DNA of 64,000 nt from Candidatus Izemoplasmatales bacterium (GCA_050949045.1 JBMNEZ010000001.1:352001-416000), one strand, 5' to 3'. Counted from the first letter of the stretch, positions 1 to 10,023 are shown. Numbers and translations: made by a program. Notes: a model not told the origin generated them from the letters alone.

Positions 1-1
1 A

Positions 2-799
2 AGCGATGGCTCGACGCTTTATATCACCAGAGATCTCGCGGCGCTGTTTTACCGCAAAAGAACCTATGACTTTGATAAGTGCCTTTATGTTGTCGGCAAT
101 GAGCAGAAACTCCACTTCGAGCAACTGAAGCGTGTAGTTGAATTAATGGGCTATCCCTACAGCGAAGATATCGTCCACGTCAATTTCGGGCTTGTGCTCC
201 AGGATGGAAAGAAGATGTCGACCAGAAAAGGCAAGACTATCAAACTGATCAATGTTCTCGACGAGGCGGTGGCCTTGAGTCTCGAGTACATCAAGGAAAA
301 AAATCCGGATTTACTGGACAAGGAAGCAATCGCTGAGAAGGTTGGCGTCAGCGCCGTCATTTTCAACGATCTAAAAAACTTCCGTGGCAACGATTTTGAG
401 TTCAATCTTCAAGACATGGTCAATTTCTTTGGCCAGACCGGGCCCTATCTCCAATACACTTCGGTCCGGATCAACTCGATCTTATCACAGGCCAACTTTA
501 TCTTTAGCGGTGATGTGGATGGTGTTTGGTTCGAACAGGACCATGTCTATGAACTGATGAAGACGATTGATGCCTATCCCGAAATCATTGAGAGGAGCGC
601 AGTCGAATACGCTCCCAATCTGCTCAGTAAATATCTGTTGAACCTGGCGAGCCTGTTCAACACGCTCTATGGGAAGGAGCGGATCCTCGTCGAGGACCAA
701 AAAGAACAACAAACCAAACTTCATCTGCTTTTTATGGTCAAAGCCATCCTTGACGATGGCATGAAGCTCCTGGGAATGCAGATCATCGAACGCATGTAA
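2..799 (+). CDS. argS: Arginyl-tRNA synthetase, C-terminal part (5' end outside window)
   Basis: Frame is open from base 2 (SDGSTLYITRDLAA...YVVGNEQKLHFEQL). Contains class I KMSTRKG motif, GQTGPYLQYT and a C-terminal ERM typical of ArgS. Confidence 0.96.
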   Translation, partial: SDGSTLYITRDLAALFYRKRTYDFDKCLYVVGNEQKLHFEQLKRVVELMGYPYSEDIVHVNFGLVLQDGKKMSTRKGKTIKLINVLDEAVALSLEYIKEKNPDLLDKEAIAEKVGVSAVIFNDLKNFRGNDFEFNLQDMVNFFGQTGPYLQYTSVRINSILSQANFIFSGDVDGVWFEQDHVYELMKTIDAYPEIIERSAVEYAPNLLSKYLLNLASLFNTLYGKERILVEDQKEQQTKLHLLFMVKAILDDGMKLLGMQIIERM

Positions 800-844
800 C
801 AAACTACCTAGAACCTCCATATCAATGAAAACGAGGTGAAAGAT

Positions 845-2704
845 ATGGAAGCGAAATCAATCGAAACAAAAACAAAAAAGAAAGTGGGCAAATTGTTGGT
901 CCTGATGTTCAAATGGATCGGACGGCACTGGCCCCTCATGATAATCTCTTTGATTCTCCTTGCGATAATAACTTATTTACGGTCAATCATTCCCCTTTTC
1001 GGGCAGTATATCATCGATGTCATCCTGAAATACAGCGATGAAGGTTCGACCTTGCCAATGTTCCTGCAAGAGCTGATTAGCGCCGATACCCAGGCAAAAC
1101 AACTATTGTTGGCTGCTATCGTGCTGGTGGGCGTTGAACTGTTCCGATCAATCTTGATCTTCCTGAGGCGAACCTCGGCTGGTTTCTTCGCCGAAAGTGT
1201 AGCCTATGATCTTAGAAACAACCTCTATCGCAAACTCCAAAATCTTGACCACTCCTTCCATGCCCACGCCGAAACCGGTGATATCATCCAACGGGTGACG
1301 ACCGATGTCGAAGCCTACAAGCGATTCATCAGCGACCAAATCGTCGAAGTGCTCCGGCTTTTATTGGTTGTGGGTTTTGCGATCTGGCAGATGGCGAAAT
1401 TCAATGTCTCGCTGATGCTGATCTCCCTAATCATTTCACCAGTATTGTTCGTGGTTGCGATATTCTACTTTCGCAAAGTCAAGAAACTCTTTGAGGCCGT
1501 CGAGAGTAATGAAGCAAAGATGACGACCCATGTCCAGGAAAATGTCAGCGGCGCCCGGGTCGTCAAGGCTTTCGCCAACGAAAAATTTGAAATCGACAAA
1601 TTTGAAGATTTGAACCGGAAATTCACCGATTCGGACTTCCGACTGGCGAAGAGAGCGGCCCTTTTCTGGTCCGTAACCGATGTCATCTGTTTTGCCCAGT
1701 TTTGCGTGATCGCCGTTGCTGGAATTGTTTTCACGGTTAAGGGAAACATTTCGATCGGTGTCTACACGGCTTTTCTGGCTTATTCCGGCAACATTATCTG
1801 GCCGATGCGTCGGCTCGGGCGGCTTGTCAGCGAATTCTCGAAAGCGACCGTGGCGGTCTCAAGACTCGATGACATTCTCCATAGAGAAGACGAATATCAG
1901 TTAAGCAACGGAACTCTGACCCCAGACATCAAGGGTGATGTCAGGTTTGAAGGAGTCTCCTTCAAATTTAGCGATTCCAATTACCACCAACTCGAGAACA
2001 TCAACTTTTCCGTCAAGCGGGGCGAGACGGTCGCAATCATCGGCAAGACCGGCAGCGGCAAGTCGACTTTGATGAAATTGCTCGTGAGGCTGCTCGACTA
2101 CCAGGATGGCTCCATTTTTATCGATGATGTGCTGCTTTCTGAAATCGAGAAACATCACCTGAGGCAGAATGTCGGGTTCATTCTCCAAGAGCCGTTTTTG
2201 TTTTCAAAGACGGTTGCCGAAAATATCGGCATTGTCGACCACAAACAGAATGACATTTCTAGGGTTCAGGAAGTTGCCAAGATCGCTCATGTCCATCAGG
2301 ATATCGTTCACTTTGAGAAAGGCTATGAAACCTTGGTCGGCGAACGGGGAATCACCCTTTCGGGAGGCCAGAAGCAGCGGGTTGCGATCGCAAGGATGCT
2401 CTTGAAACCCAAACCGATCCTGATCTTTGACGACAGTCTGTCCGCCGTCGACACCGAGACCGACATCCAGATCCGCAATGCGCTTAAGCGCGAGTGGAAG
2501 GATTCAACGGTTTTTATCATCACCCACAGGATCACGACAGCCAAAGAGGCTAATCGGATCTTTGTTCTTGACCATGGCCGGATCGTAGAATCCGGCTCCC
2601 ATAAGGAACTCATCAAAAGAAAAGGCCTGTACCGTTCGATTTGGGAGATCCAGTCCCGCATCGACTATCAGGTCGAAGGAGGTGAGGACGATGAGCGAAT
2701 TTGA
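845..2704 (+). CDS. ABC exporter, fused permease/ATPase, subunit with degenerate Walker B
   Basis: TM domain plus GKTGSGKS, LSGGQKQR and ILIFDDSLSAVD. GAGGTG RBS before ATG 845. Confidence 0.92.
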   Translation: MEAKSIETKTKKKVGKLLVLMFKWIGRHWPLMIISLILLAIITYLRSIIPLFGQYIIDVILKYSDEGSTLPMFLQELISADTQAKQLLLAAIVLVGVELFRSILIFLRRTSAGFFAESVAYDLRNNLYRKLQNLDHSFHAHAETGDIIQRVTTDVEAYKRFISDQIVEVLRLLLVVGFAIWQMAKFNVSLMLISLIISPVLFVVAIFYFRKVKKLFEAVESNEAKMTTHVQENVSGARVVKAFANEKFEIDKFEDLNRKFTDSDFRLAKRAALFWSVTDVICFAQFCVIAVAGIVFTVKGNISIGVYTAFLAYSGNIIWPMRRLGRLVSEFSKATVAVSRLDDILHREDEYQLSNGTLTPDIKGDVRFEGVSFKFSDSNYHQLENINFSVKRGETVAIIGKTGSGKSTLMKLLVRLLDYQDGSIFIDDVLLSEIEKHHLRQNVGFILQEPFLFSKTVAENIGIVDHKQNDISRVQEVAKIAHVHQDIVHFEKGYETLVGERGITLSGGQKQRVAIARMLLKPKPILIFDDSLSAVDTETDIQIRNALKREWKDSTVFIITHRITTAKEANRIFVLDHGRIVESGSHKELIKRKGLYRSIWEIQSRIDYQVEGGEDDERI

Positions 2705-4541
2705 TTTCGATGAGGAGAGCTTTTCATCGATGAAGCTTGATTTGAAGGTTTGGAGGAAAATCTTCAGTTTCATGAAACCTCTCAAAAAATATGTCATCCT
2801 CGGGGTGCTTGCAATTGGCTTATTGGCGGTTACTGATGTCATCTACCCCTACATCACCAAGTTTGCGATTGATGAAATCATCACGCCGAACATCGGCGCA
2901 ATCGATCCCGACATGAGCAAACTGAAACTGTTCATCGGTCTCTACGCAATCTTTATAGTCTTTCAGGCGGTCATGGTGTATTTCTTTATTTTCTTTGCGG
3001 GAAAGGTTCAAGTCGAACTGGCTTTCAATATTCGTAAGAAGGCTTTCCATCATTTGCAGGAGTTGCCGTTTTCCTATTATGACCGGACTCGCACCGGTTG
3101 GATCATGGCGCGGATGACTTCGGATTCACGGAATCTCTCCGACATTCTTTCCTGGGGCATCATCGATTTCTCATGGAGCGTGATTTTGATGGTGTTTCTC
3201 GTCATCTTCATGTTCATCTTGAATTGGCAACTTGCCCTCATTGCGATCGCGATTGTTCCTATCCTGGCGCTTGTCAGTTCTTACTTCAGAAGGCATATTC
3301 TCAAAGCGTACCGCTCGATTCGAAGAGTCAATTCCAAGATCACAGGCGCCTACAATGAAGGTTTAACGGGGGCGATCACGACCAAGACATTGGTATTAGA
3401 AGAAGCCAATTTCCGCGATTTTGATGATTTGACTTCCAATATGCGAAGGCAATCGATCAAAGCCGCCATGTTTCATGGACTTTATTTGCCGACAGTCATT
3501 TTTCTGATCTCGATCGGGATTGCTTTGGTTTACTATCAGGGCGGCCGGCTGGTGCTGTTCGATGCCATCTCGGTCGGCACTTTGTATCTGTTTTCGAGTT
3601 ATGTTTGGCAGTTCTTCGAACCCATAAACAACATCGTGACAATTTACGCCGAGTTCCAACAAGCACAAGCGTCCGCCGAGCGGATCGTCTCGCTGATCGA
3701 AACTGAACCCGACATCGTCGATACAAAGGAGGTCATTGAAAAATATGGGACCCTGTTCGAATACAAGTTGGAGAACTTTGAACCGCTTCACGGCGATATC
3801 GAGTTTCAGAATGTCAGTTTTAAATACCATGTCGGCGAACAGGTCCTCACCGATTTCTCACTCAAAGTCAAAGCGGGAGAGTCGATTGCCTTGGTCGGTC
3901 AAACCGGCTCCGGCAAAACGACGATCGTGAATCTGATTTGCCGGTTCTACGAACCCACTTCGGGAAGAATTCTGATTGACGGCGTCGATTACAAAGAACG
4001 AAGCCTTGGTTGGCTTCATTCGAATCTCGGCTATGTTTTGCAGGATCCACACCTTTTTTCGGGATCAGTAATGGAAAATATCCGCTACGGCAAGCTGAGC
4101 GCCACGGATGAGGAGGTAATCGCCGCCGCCAAGACCGTTGAGGCCCACGAGTTTATCATGAAATTTGAGAAGGGCTATGACACGGAGTGCGGTGAGGGCG
4201 GATCGAGGCTGTCGGTCGGACAAAAACAGCTGGTTTCATTTGCCAGGGCGGTTCTCGCCGATCCCAAGATTCTGGTTCTCGACGAAGCGACTTCATCGGT
4301 CGATACTGAAACTGAGAAAATGATCCAGACCGCGATCAGCCGCCTGTTAAGGGGAAGGACTTCCTTCATTGTCGCCCACCGGCTGTCGACGATCGTTGGC
4401 AGCGACCGGATTCTGGTAATCGACAACGGCAAAGTCATCGAAGCCGGCAAACACCGGCAATTGATCGAAGAGAAGGGCTATTACTACAAACTGTACACCA
4501 ACCAGTATTCCGAGGAAATGCTCGAACTATCCAAACATTGA
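2691..4541 (+). CDS. ABC exporter, fused permease/ATPase, partner subunit
   Basis: GQTGSGKT, LSVGQKQ, ILVLDEATSSVD. GGAGG RBS before ATG 2691, overlapping the upstream gene. Confidence 0.92.
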   Translation: MSEFDFDEESFSSMKLDLKVWRKIFSFMKPLKKYVILGVLAIGLLAVTDVIYPYITKFAIDEIITPNIGAIDPDMSKLKLFIGLYAIFIVFQAVMVYFFIFFAGKVQVELAFNIRKKAFHHLQELPFSYYDRTRTGWIMARMTSDSRNLSDILSWGIIDFSWSVILMVFLVIFMFILNWQLALIAIAIVPILALVSSYFRRHILKAYRSIRRVNSKITGAYNEGLTGAITTKTLVLEEANFRDFDDLTSNMRRQSIKAAMFHGLYLPTVIFLISIGIALVYYQGGRLVLFDAISVGTLYLFSSYVWQFFEPINNIVTIYAEFQQAQASAERIVSLIETEPDIVDTKEVIEKYGTLFEYKLENFEPLHGDIEFQNVSFKYHVGEQVLTDFSLKVKAGESIALVGQTGSGKTTIVNLICRFYEPTSGRILIDGVDYKERSLGWLHSNLGYVLQDPHLFSGSVMENIRYGKLSATDEEVIAAAKTVEAHEFIMKFEKGYDTECGEGGSRLSVGQKQLVSFARAVLADPKILVLDEATSSVDTETEKMIQTAISRLLRGRTSFIVAHRLSTIVGSDRILVIDNGKVIEAGKHRQLIEEKGYYYKLYTNQYSEEMLELSKH

Positions 4542-4547
4542 TTAAGG

Positions 4548-4580
4548 ACGCGGCCGTGACGAACACGGCCGCGTTTCTTC
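4548..4580 (+). terminator. Intrinsic terminator after the ABC operon
   Basis: 11-bp stem ACGCGGCCGTG/CACGGCCGCGT followed by a T-rich tract. Confidence 0.75.
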
Positions 4581-4633
4581 AAGAAAAAAGTTCTTTTCTT
4601 TTTGACAAAATGGTGTATAATTATTAATGCTAT

Positions 4634-4720
4634 GCCGGTGTGGTGGAATTGGTAGACACGATGGACTCAAAATCCATTGCCCTCAAAAGCATGTCGGTTC
4701 GAGTCCGACCACCGGTACCA
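4634..4720 (+). tRNA. tRNA-Leu (anticodon CAA) with encoded CCA
   Basis: Acceptor stem GCCGGTG/CACCGGT, D-loop GGAATTGGTAGAC, anticodon arm ATGGA-CTCAAAA-TCCAT, long variable arm, GTTCGAGT T-loop, 3' ACCA. Confidence 0.97.
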
Positions 4721-4916
4721 TAAAGCAAAGCAACCATCGGATTTCATTGACTGACTTCGGTTCTATGAAACCTGTGATTCAATCTGGCAGATGTTCCGGA
4801 TTGTTCTCAAAAAATCAATTTTTGACTGTGATTCTGGTGTTTTAACAGACGATGACAAATTCAAGGCCACGGTTATAGAACAACTGAAGATTTATAACGG
4901 ATACGAAAAGATGAGT

Positions 4917-4940
4917 GCTCAGTTTGCCTGAGCCTTTTTT
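4917..4940 (+). terminator. Intrinsic terminator downstream of tRNA-Leu
   Basis: GCTCAG-tttgc-CTGAGC followed by TTTTTT. Confidence 0.6.
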
Positions 4941-4961
4941 ATGCAATTTGTCCGGAAGTTG

Positions 4962-6125
4962 CTAGATGAAATTGCCATGATCGGGATTGCGGTTGCCGGG
5001 GCGTCGTTTAGAATTTTTCGAATCGTTTCCTTCATCTTCTTCGGTGGAAGCGCCTTCGCCAATACCACCGGCAGTTGTGCTTTTTCTCCTGCGTTTGCCT
5101 TGATATTCTCCGTGAGCGGTGCCGGAGGCGTTGTGGACCCGGTAGCGGTAGGAATAGACGCTTTGTTCTTCATCGTAAACAAGGCCGACATCGATGGTGC
5201 CGTTTTCAGTCTCGCCGTCACTGATCTCATAGCGGATCGAAAGCGCTTTTTGGGCGCGGTTCTTCTCCACCTTGAACTTTAGGTTTTTACCATGGGAAGC
5301 ATAGGATATTTCAGCGCGAAGCGTTCTTTTGGTGGCATGGAGTTTGATCATTGAAGCATTTTTGATTTCGCTTGATTGGACGATGCGATAACTAAAGATC
5401 TGGTTGGCAGTAGTCGAGACATCGTCGATCTCGACATAGTTTTCGGTATCGATCTCAACTTTGAAAGTGCTTCTGACTGTCGCCGTCTCATCGAGGCTGA
5501 TCTCCCCCGCAGCAATGTATTCATCTTCGAGGAAAGTGATCACTCCCTGATAGACGCGCTTGCCATCATTCTCATGGACGTTATAGTAAAAACGATAACT
5601 GATGTCTTCACCGGCTAGCCCCTGTCCCTGGAAACTGATCATCGTTTCATAAGCGATGTTATCGGATCCCTGCAAGGTGTAGGTCAGTTCGTTTTCACTT
5701 CCCAGAGTGATCTCGAGCATATTGATGTAAGCGTTGATGGTATCGATTTCGCTGGAGATTGCGGATTCACTCGGGGTATCTGGCGAGGAAAGCAGAGAGT
5801 AGTGAAGTTTAAGCGGATCGATGCTTTCAAGCAGGGTCGCCGCCGATAAGGTCTGATAGCCGATGATCTCCGCTTCCGTTTCAAGCGGAGTGTAGTTGGG
5901 GACGTTCACGGATGAGAGTTTCGTCATCGCCCAAAAGAGGCCGATGAAGACGAGCAAAGAAGCAAGGGAGTAGACGAGGACTCTCTGGAATGTGAATCGC
6001 GGTTTTTTTAATGGTTCAGCTTCGGGGACGATTTCGATTTTATCGAGAGGAATCCGTTCAAAAACAGCGGGAAGATCTTTCTCGGCTGCTTCATTGATCA
6101 GCCGGAACAAATCCTTATTCTTCAT
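4962..6125 (-). CDS. Putative single-pass anti-sigma factor with large extracytoplasmic domain
   Basis: Overlaps the 3' end of the ECF sigma gene. Short cytoplasmic N-terminus and one TM helix (VLVYSLASLLVFIGLFWAM). GGAGG RBS before ATG 6125. Confidence 0.65.
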   Translation of the reverse strand: MKNKDLFRLINEAAEKDLPAVFERIPLDKIEIVPEAEPLKKPRFTFQRVLVYSLASLLVFIGLFWAMTKLSSVNVPNYTPLETEAEIIGYQTLSAATLLESIDPLKLHYSLLSSPDTPSESAISSEIDTINAYINMLEITLGSENELTYTLQGSDNIAYETMISFQGQGLAGEDISYRFYYNVHENDGKRVYQGVITFLEDEYIAAGEISLDETATVRSTFKVEIDTENYVEIDDVSTTANQIFSYRIVQSSEIKNASMIKLHATKRTLRAEISYASHGKNLKFKVEKNRAQKALSIRYEISDGETENGTIDVGLVYDEEQSVYSYRYRVHNASGTAHGEYQGKRRRKSTTAGGIGEGASTEEDEGNDSKNSKRRPGNRNPDHGNFI

Positions 6126-6651
6126 TATCCTCACCTCCTAGGCTTTTTTTGAGTTTTTTGATCGCTTTGTTGTACAACCATAGTACTGTGCCGAGCGGCT
6201 TGTCGAGCGAAGTAGCGATATCTTTGAATTTGAGATTACCGTAAACCTTCATCAGCACGATCTGTTTTTCTAAATCCGGAAGCGGCTGTAAGACTTTGTC
6301 GATCTCAAGATCGCTTTCAGGCGCTGCTTGCGGGGTTTGATCGAACAGATATATGTCGGTTTGCGGATCATGTACATTGATCAGCTTTTGTTTTCGCAGA
6401 TGGTCGATCGTGGTGTTTTTGGCTATCTGCATGACCCAGGCGGGGAAATTGCGGCCTTTTTGATACGAATTGATATTTTGAATGACTTTCATATAGGTGT
6501 CCTGCATCAGATCCTCGACGGTCGCCTTGTCTCTGATCATGCCGGCAATGATCGAAAACACGCCTCGTTTGGTATTCTCGTAGACGGTTTTGAAGGCTTG
6601 GTCATCTTTGATTTTAAGCAGTTCGCTCAGCCGGTCGTAATCAGGCGCCAT
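6115..6651 (-). CDS. ECF-type RNA polymerase sigma factor
   Basis: Region 2 (EDLMQDTYMKV...FPAWVMQIAKNTTIDHLRK) and region 4 (LKFKDIATSLDKPLGTV). Start is ATG 6651 or GTG 6660. Confidence 0.92.
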   Translation of the reverse strand: MAPDYDRLSELLKIKDDQAFKTVYENTKRGVFSIIAGMIRDKATVEDLMQDTYMKVIQNINSYQKGRNFPAWVMQIAKNTTIDHLRKQKLINVHDPQTDIYLFDQTPQAAPESDLEIDKVLQPLPDLEKQIVLMKVYGNLKFKDIATSLDKPLGTVLWLYNKAIKKLKKSLGGEDNEE

Positions 6652-6824
6652 CGCGTTCACCCCAGCAATTATTATATCACGCTAAACAAGAATGACTCGG
6701 ACCATGCCTGTTTTCAAATAATATACGATTATGATCGGGATTTTATTGGCTTTTTGGTAATCTGTCGCGGAATCGGTAAAAAAATGATATAATGAAAAAC
6801 AGATACTGCAAAATTGGTGAGGTC

Positions 6825-7631
6825 ATGGAAAAAACAGCGCCAAAGAGGATTTGGGAACTTGATTTTTTGCGAGGATTTGCCATTATCATGATGGTTTTTG
6901 ATCATTTGATGTACGATCTGAAATCGCTGCCGGACTGGTTCGGCAACTTTGAAACGATAGGCAATCCGGTGATCGAGTTTTTGAGCCGGATCGCTCTTGG
7001 CTATTGGTTCTCCCTTGCCCGAAAGATCGGGCATCCGATCTTCGTGGCCATCTTTCTCATCGTCTCGGGCATCAGTTTCAACTTTAGTAGAAACAATCTC
7101 AAGCGTGGTCTCAAGTTTCTCGTCGTCGCTTTGTTAATATCGCTGGTGACATTCGGCATCCAGTGGGCGACCGGAGGGAGTCTCAGGATCGGGATCATGT
7201 TCGGGATCATCCATATGTTCGCATTTGCTACCATGCTTCTGTGGGTGCTTAGAAAACTTTGGGACAACGATTTGTTCATTCTCGCTGTCGGCTTTTGCAT
7301 TATCGGTCTCGGCATCGTTTTGCGCTTCTGGGAGGTCCAATATGTGCAAAACCCGACAATCTGGGATATTCCAGCGATTATTCTCGGGACGAAGGGACAT
7401 GGCGCTGACTATTTTGGGATCGCACCCTATGCCGGAGTCATCATGGTCGGCAGCGCCATCGGCCATTTGCTCTATCCAAAGGCAGAGAGCCTACTGCCCA
7501 GGTGGGACCGAGGTTGGAACCGGCCTTTCTTGTTTGCCGGCAGACATTCATTTTTGATTTTCATCGTTCATCAGGTTGTCATTTTTTCCCTTGTATCTGC
7601 GGTGATGTTCATCTTGGGCTACCGTATGTGA
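6825..7631 (+). CDS. DUF1624 / heparan-alpha-glucosaminide N-acetyltransferase-like membrane protein
   Basis: RIWELDFLRGFAIIMMVFDH, FLIVSGIS and GRHSFLIFIVHQ motifs. Multi-TM. Confidence 0.8.
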   Translation: MEKTAPKRIWELDFLRGFAIIMMVFDHLMYDLKSLPDWFGNFETIGNPVIEFLSRIALGYWFSLARKIGHPIFVAIFLIVSGISFNFSRNNLKRGLKFLVVALLISLVTFGIQWATGGSLRIGIMFGIIHMFAFATMLLWVLRKLWDNDLFILAVGFCIIGLGIVLRFWEVQYVQNPTIWDIPAIILGTKGHGADYFGIAPYAGVIMVGSAIGHLLYPKAESLLPRWDRGWNRPFLFAGRHSFLIFIVHQVVIFSLVSAVMFILGYRM

Positions 7632-7656
7632 TATTCTATTAGTTGAGGTGCGACAA

Positions 7657-9279
7657 ATGTTGAGAAACGGAACCGTATACGAAGCCATCAGGGCGGCGGG
7701 CAACAAATACCCGAACCGCAACGCTATTTATTTTATGAAGAAGTATATCACCTACGACCAGTTGCTGGACAAGATCGACATGGTCGCTTCCGGGCTTGTG
7801 AAGCTCGGGATCGGCCGCGATGACGTCGTCACGATCGCGATGCCGAACACAATTGAAGCGGTCTATTTGTTCTATGCCGTCAATCGGGTCGGCGCGATCG
7901 GCCATATGGTTCACCCGCTCACCCCGGCAAAACAGCTCGAGCGCTATATGGAGGCCGTCAAAAGCAAGACACTCTTCATCGTCGATGTGTTCCTGCAAGC
8001 TTTCCAAGATCTTTTGAAAGACCCTCTTTTGCGGGTCGTAGTCGCCTGCCCGGTTGGCGAGTTCGGCGTTATCAAGCAGTTTCTTTACCGGCTGATCAAC
8101 CATAAGAAGCTTAAACTTCCGAAAACCGGCGCCGACAGAGTCATACCGTTCAAAAACATTTATAACAAGATCTCGACTGATTATATCGAGGAAAAGAATC
8201 CAGAAAGAACGGCCGTCTACCTTCATAGTGGCGGTACTTCCGGCGAAGCCAAGATCGTCGAGTTGTCGAATCTCGCTTTGAACAATCTCGCCGACAGGTA
8301 TCCGGAAATTCTCCAACTGGAGACATACGAGGAAAAGTATGTGCTTTCGGTCTTACCGATGTTCCACGGTTTTGGTCTCTGCGAGTGCATCCATTCGATG
8401 CTCTATCATGGCGGAGTCGATGCACTGATGCCCAAGTTCGACCCCCGGAAAACAGCTCAACTGATAAAAGAAAACAAAGTCAATGTGATCATCGCCGTTC
8501 CCAGTCTTTTTTCTGCCCTCGTAAATTGTCCGGAATTTGCCGGCGATCATCTCAAAAACCTGAAGCGCTGTTATGTCGGCGGCGACTATGTTTCAACCAG
8601 TCTCAAAAAACGTTTCAACAATTTGATGAAACAATACGGCTCCGATGCCAGGCTCCTTGAGGGCTACGGCCTGACCGAGGTCGTTGCCGTCTGCACAGTA
8701 AACAAACCAGATGCCGACAATCCGGAAACGGTCGGCAGTCCGATCAGCGATATCGAAATCAGAATTCTCGATACCGAGACAAGGGCAATTCTTCCGGCCA
8801 ATACGAGCGGCGAGATCGCCATCGCCGGCGACACGATGATGACAGGCTATTTCAACGATCCTCAGGCGACGAAGAACGCATTTATGACGGATGAATCGGG
8901 CAAAGTCTGGCTCCTCACTGGCGACTACGGTTTTCTCGATGAGAAAGGATATCTCCATTTCAAGCAAAGAATCAAAAGGCTCGTGAAGGTCCACGGAATG
9001 ACAGTTTTACCTTCGGAGATCGAAAACCTGCTGGCCAATTTGGAGGAAATCAGCGAAGTCGCAGCTATTGGAGTGCCAAACGAAAAAAAAGGACACTTGA
9101 TTAAACTCTTCGTGGTCCTAAATCCCAAAGTTCAAAGACTTCATGATGACGATAGCATCCGCAAACTGATCCGGATGGAAATTTCCCGGTATGCGGTACC
9201 GAAAGAGATCGTTTATATCGACGCCCTGCCAAGAACCGGCCTTGGCAAGGTCGACACTCGTAAACTGGAAACAATGTAG
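7657..9279 (+). CDS. Long-chain acyl-CoA synthetase (AMP-binding family)
   Basis: YLHSGGTSGEAK, EGYGLTE, TGDYG and LPRTGLGKVD motifs. Confidence 0.9.
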   Translation: MLRNGTVYEAIRAAGNKYPNRNAIYFMKKYITYDQLLDKIDMVASGLVKLGIGRDDVVTIAMPNTIEAVYLFYAVNRVGAIGHMVHPLTPAKQLERYMEAVKSKTLFIVDVFLQAFQDLLKDPLLRVVVACPVGEFGVIKQFLYRLINHKKLKLPKTGADRVIPFKNIYNKISTDYIEEKNPERTAVYLHSGGTSGEAKIVELSNLALNNLADRYPEILQLETYEEKYVLSVLPMFHGFGLCECIHSMLYHGGVDALMPKFDPRKTAQLIKENKVNVIIAVPSLFSALVNCPEFAGDHLKNLKRCYVGGDYVSTSLKKRFNNLMKQYGSDARLLEGYGLTEVVAVCTVNKPDADNPETVGSPISDIEIRILDTETRAILPANTSGEIAIAGDTMMTGYFNDPQATKNAFMTDESGKVWLLTGDYGFLDEKGYLHFKQRIKRLVKVHGMTVLPSEIENLLANLEEISEVAAIGVPNEKKGHLIKLFVVLNPKVQRLHDDDSIRKLIRMEISRYAVPKEIVYIDALPRTGLGKVDTRKLETM

Positions 9280-9282
9280 AAC

Positions 9283-9311
9283 AAAAGCGCTGCCCGGCCG
9301 GGCAGCACTTT
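9283..9311. terminator. Bidirectional terminator between convergent genes
   Basis: Perfect 18-bp palindrome GCTGCCCGGCCGGGCAGC flanked by A and T tracts. Confidence 0.8.
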
Positions 9312-9328
9312 GTATCAATGCTTATAAA

Positions 9329-9901
9329 TCAGAAAAGCCGATTGTTGATGTCTCTAAAGAAAAACACGATTATCTGAACCATTGTATCTTGGATTTTCTT
9401 GACATCATTGATGTTTTCCTTGAAGACGACGAATAGTGATTGAATAAAGCCGTATGCGATGATTTTCAAGAAGTAATCATTGAATTTTCCGGGATAAAAC
9501 TCTTTGATCTTCGTGACCACCAACATTTCGAGTTGTGTTTTCACTTGATGAAAATGAGTCCCCGTTGAATTGAAAATCATGATAAAGATTTCTTTCATAT
9601 AAGGCTTAAGGACATTCATCACATAAGTGACGATCTGAGTAGCGTCTTTTATCGAGTCGATATGTGTGATATGCAGTTTCTGGTCGAATGTGCCAAGATC
9701 GTTGATTGCTTGTTGCGCCGGAGCCAAGACGGCGTTGAATAAGTCTTTTTTGCTATCAAAATAACGATAGATATTGCCTACGGTGATATTGGCGCTGTCA
9801 GCGATCCTGCGCATGTTGGCGTTTTTGTAACCATATTCGAAAAAATCTTCGATCGCGCCGCTGATGATTGCTTTGCGTACTGATTCTTTCAAAACTTGCA
9901 T
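9329..9901 (-). CDS. TetR/AcrR family regulator
   Basis: N-terminal HTH (FFEYGYKNANMRRIADSANITVGNIYRYFDSKKDLF). GGAGG RBS before ATG 9901. Confidence 0.92.
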   Translation of the reverse strand: MQVLKESVRKAIISGAIEDFFEYGYKNANMRRIADSANITVGNIYRYFDSKKDLFNAVLAPAQQAINDLGTFDQKLHITHIDSIKDATQIVTYVMNVLKPYMKEIFIMIFNSTGTHFHQVKTQLEMLVVTKIKEFYPGKFNDYFLKIIAYGFIQSLFVVFKENINDVKKIQDTMVQIIVFFFRDINNRLF

Positions 9902-9994
9902 TTGTTTTCCTCCTTCGGGCTCTGCCCTATGATTAATGTAAATTAGATTTGCCAAATTTCCCGGATATGGCATATATAGATAATTTCCGCATTT

Positions 9995-10023
9995 ATTATA
10001 CACGAATGACTTCACTCATACAA
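9995..10023 (-). promoter_or_regulatory. Sigma-A promoter of tetR
   Basis: Minus strand TTGTAT-17 bp-TATAAT. Confidence 0.6.

Noticed and set aside
845..4541. Degenerate Walker B (DD) and LSVGQ signature in the ABC pair
   Set aside because: Normal asymmetry of heterodimeric ABC exporters, not novel.
4627..4845. 72-aa ORF in the ORF track
   Set aside because: It overlaps the tRNA-Leu gene and is spurious.
4634..4960. tRNA as integration site of a genomic island
   Set aside because: No integrase and no duplicated tRNA 3' end was seen in the window.
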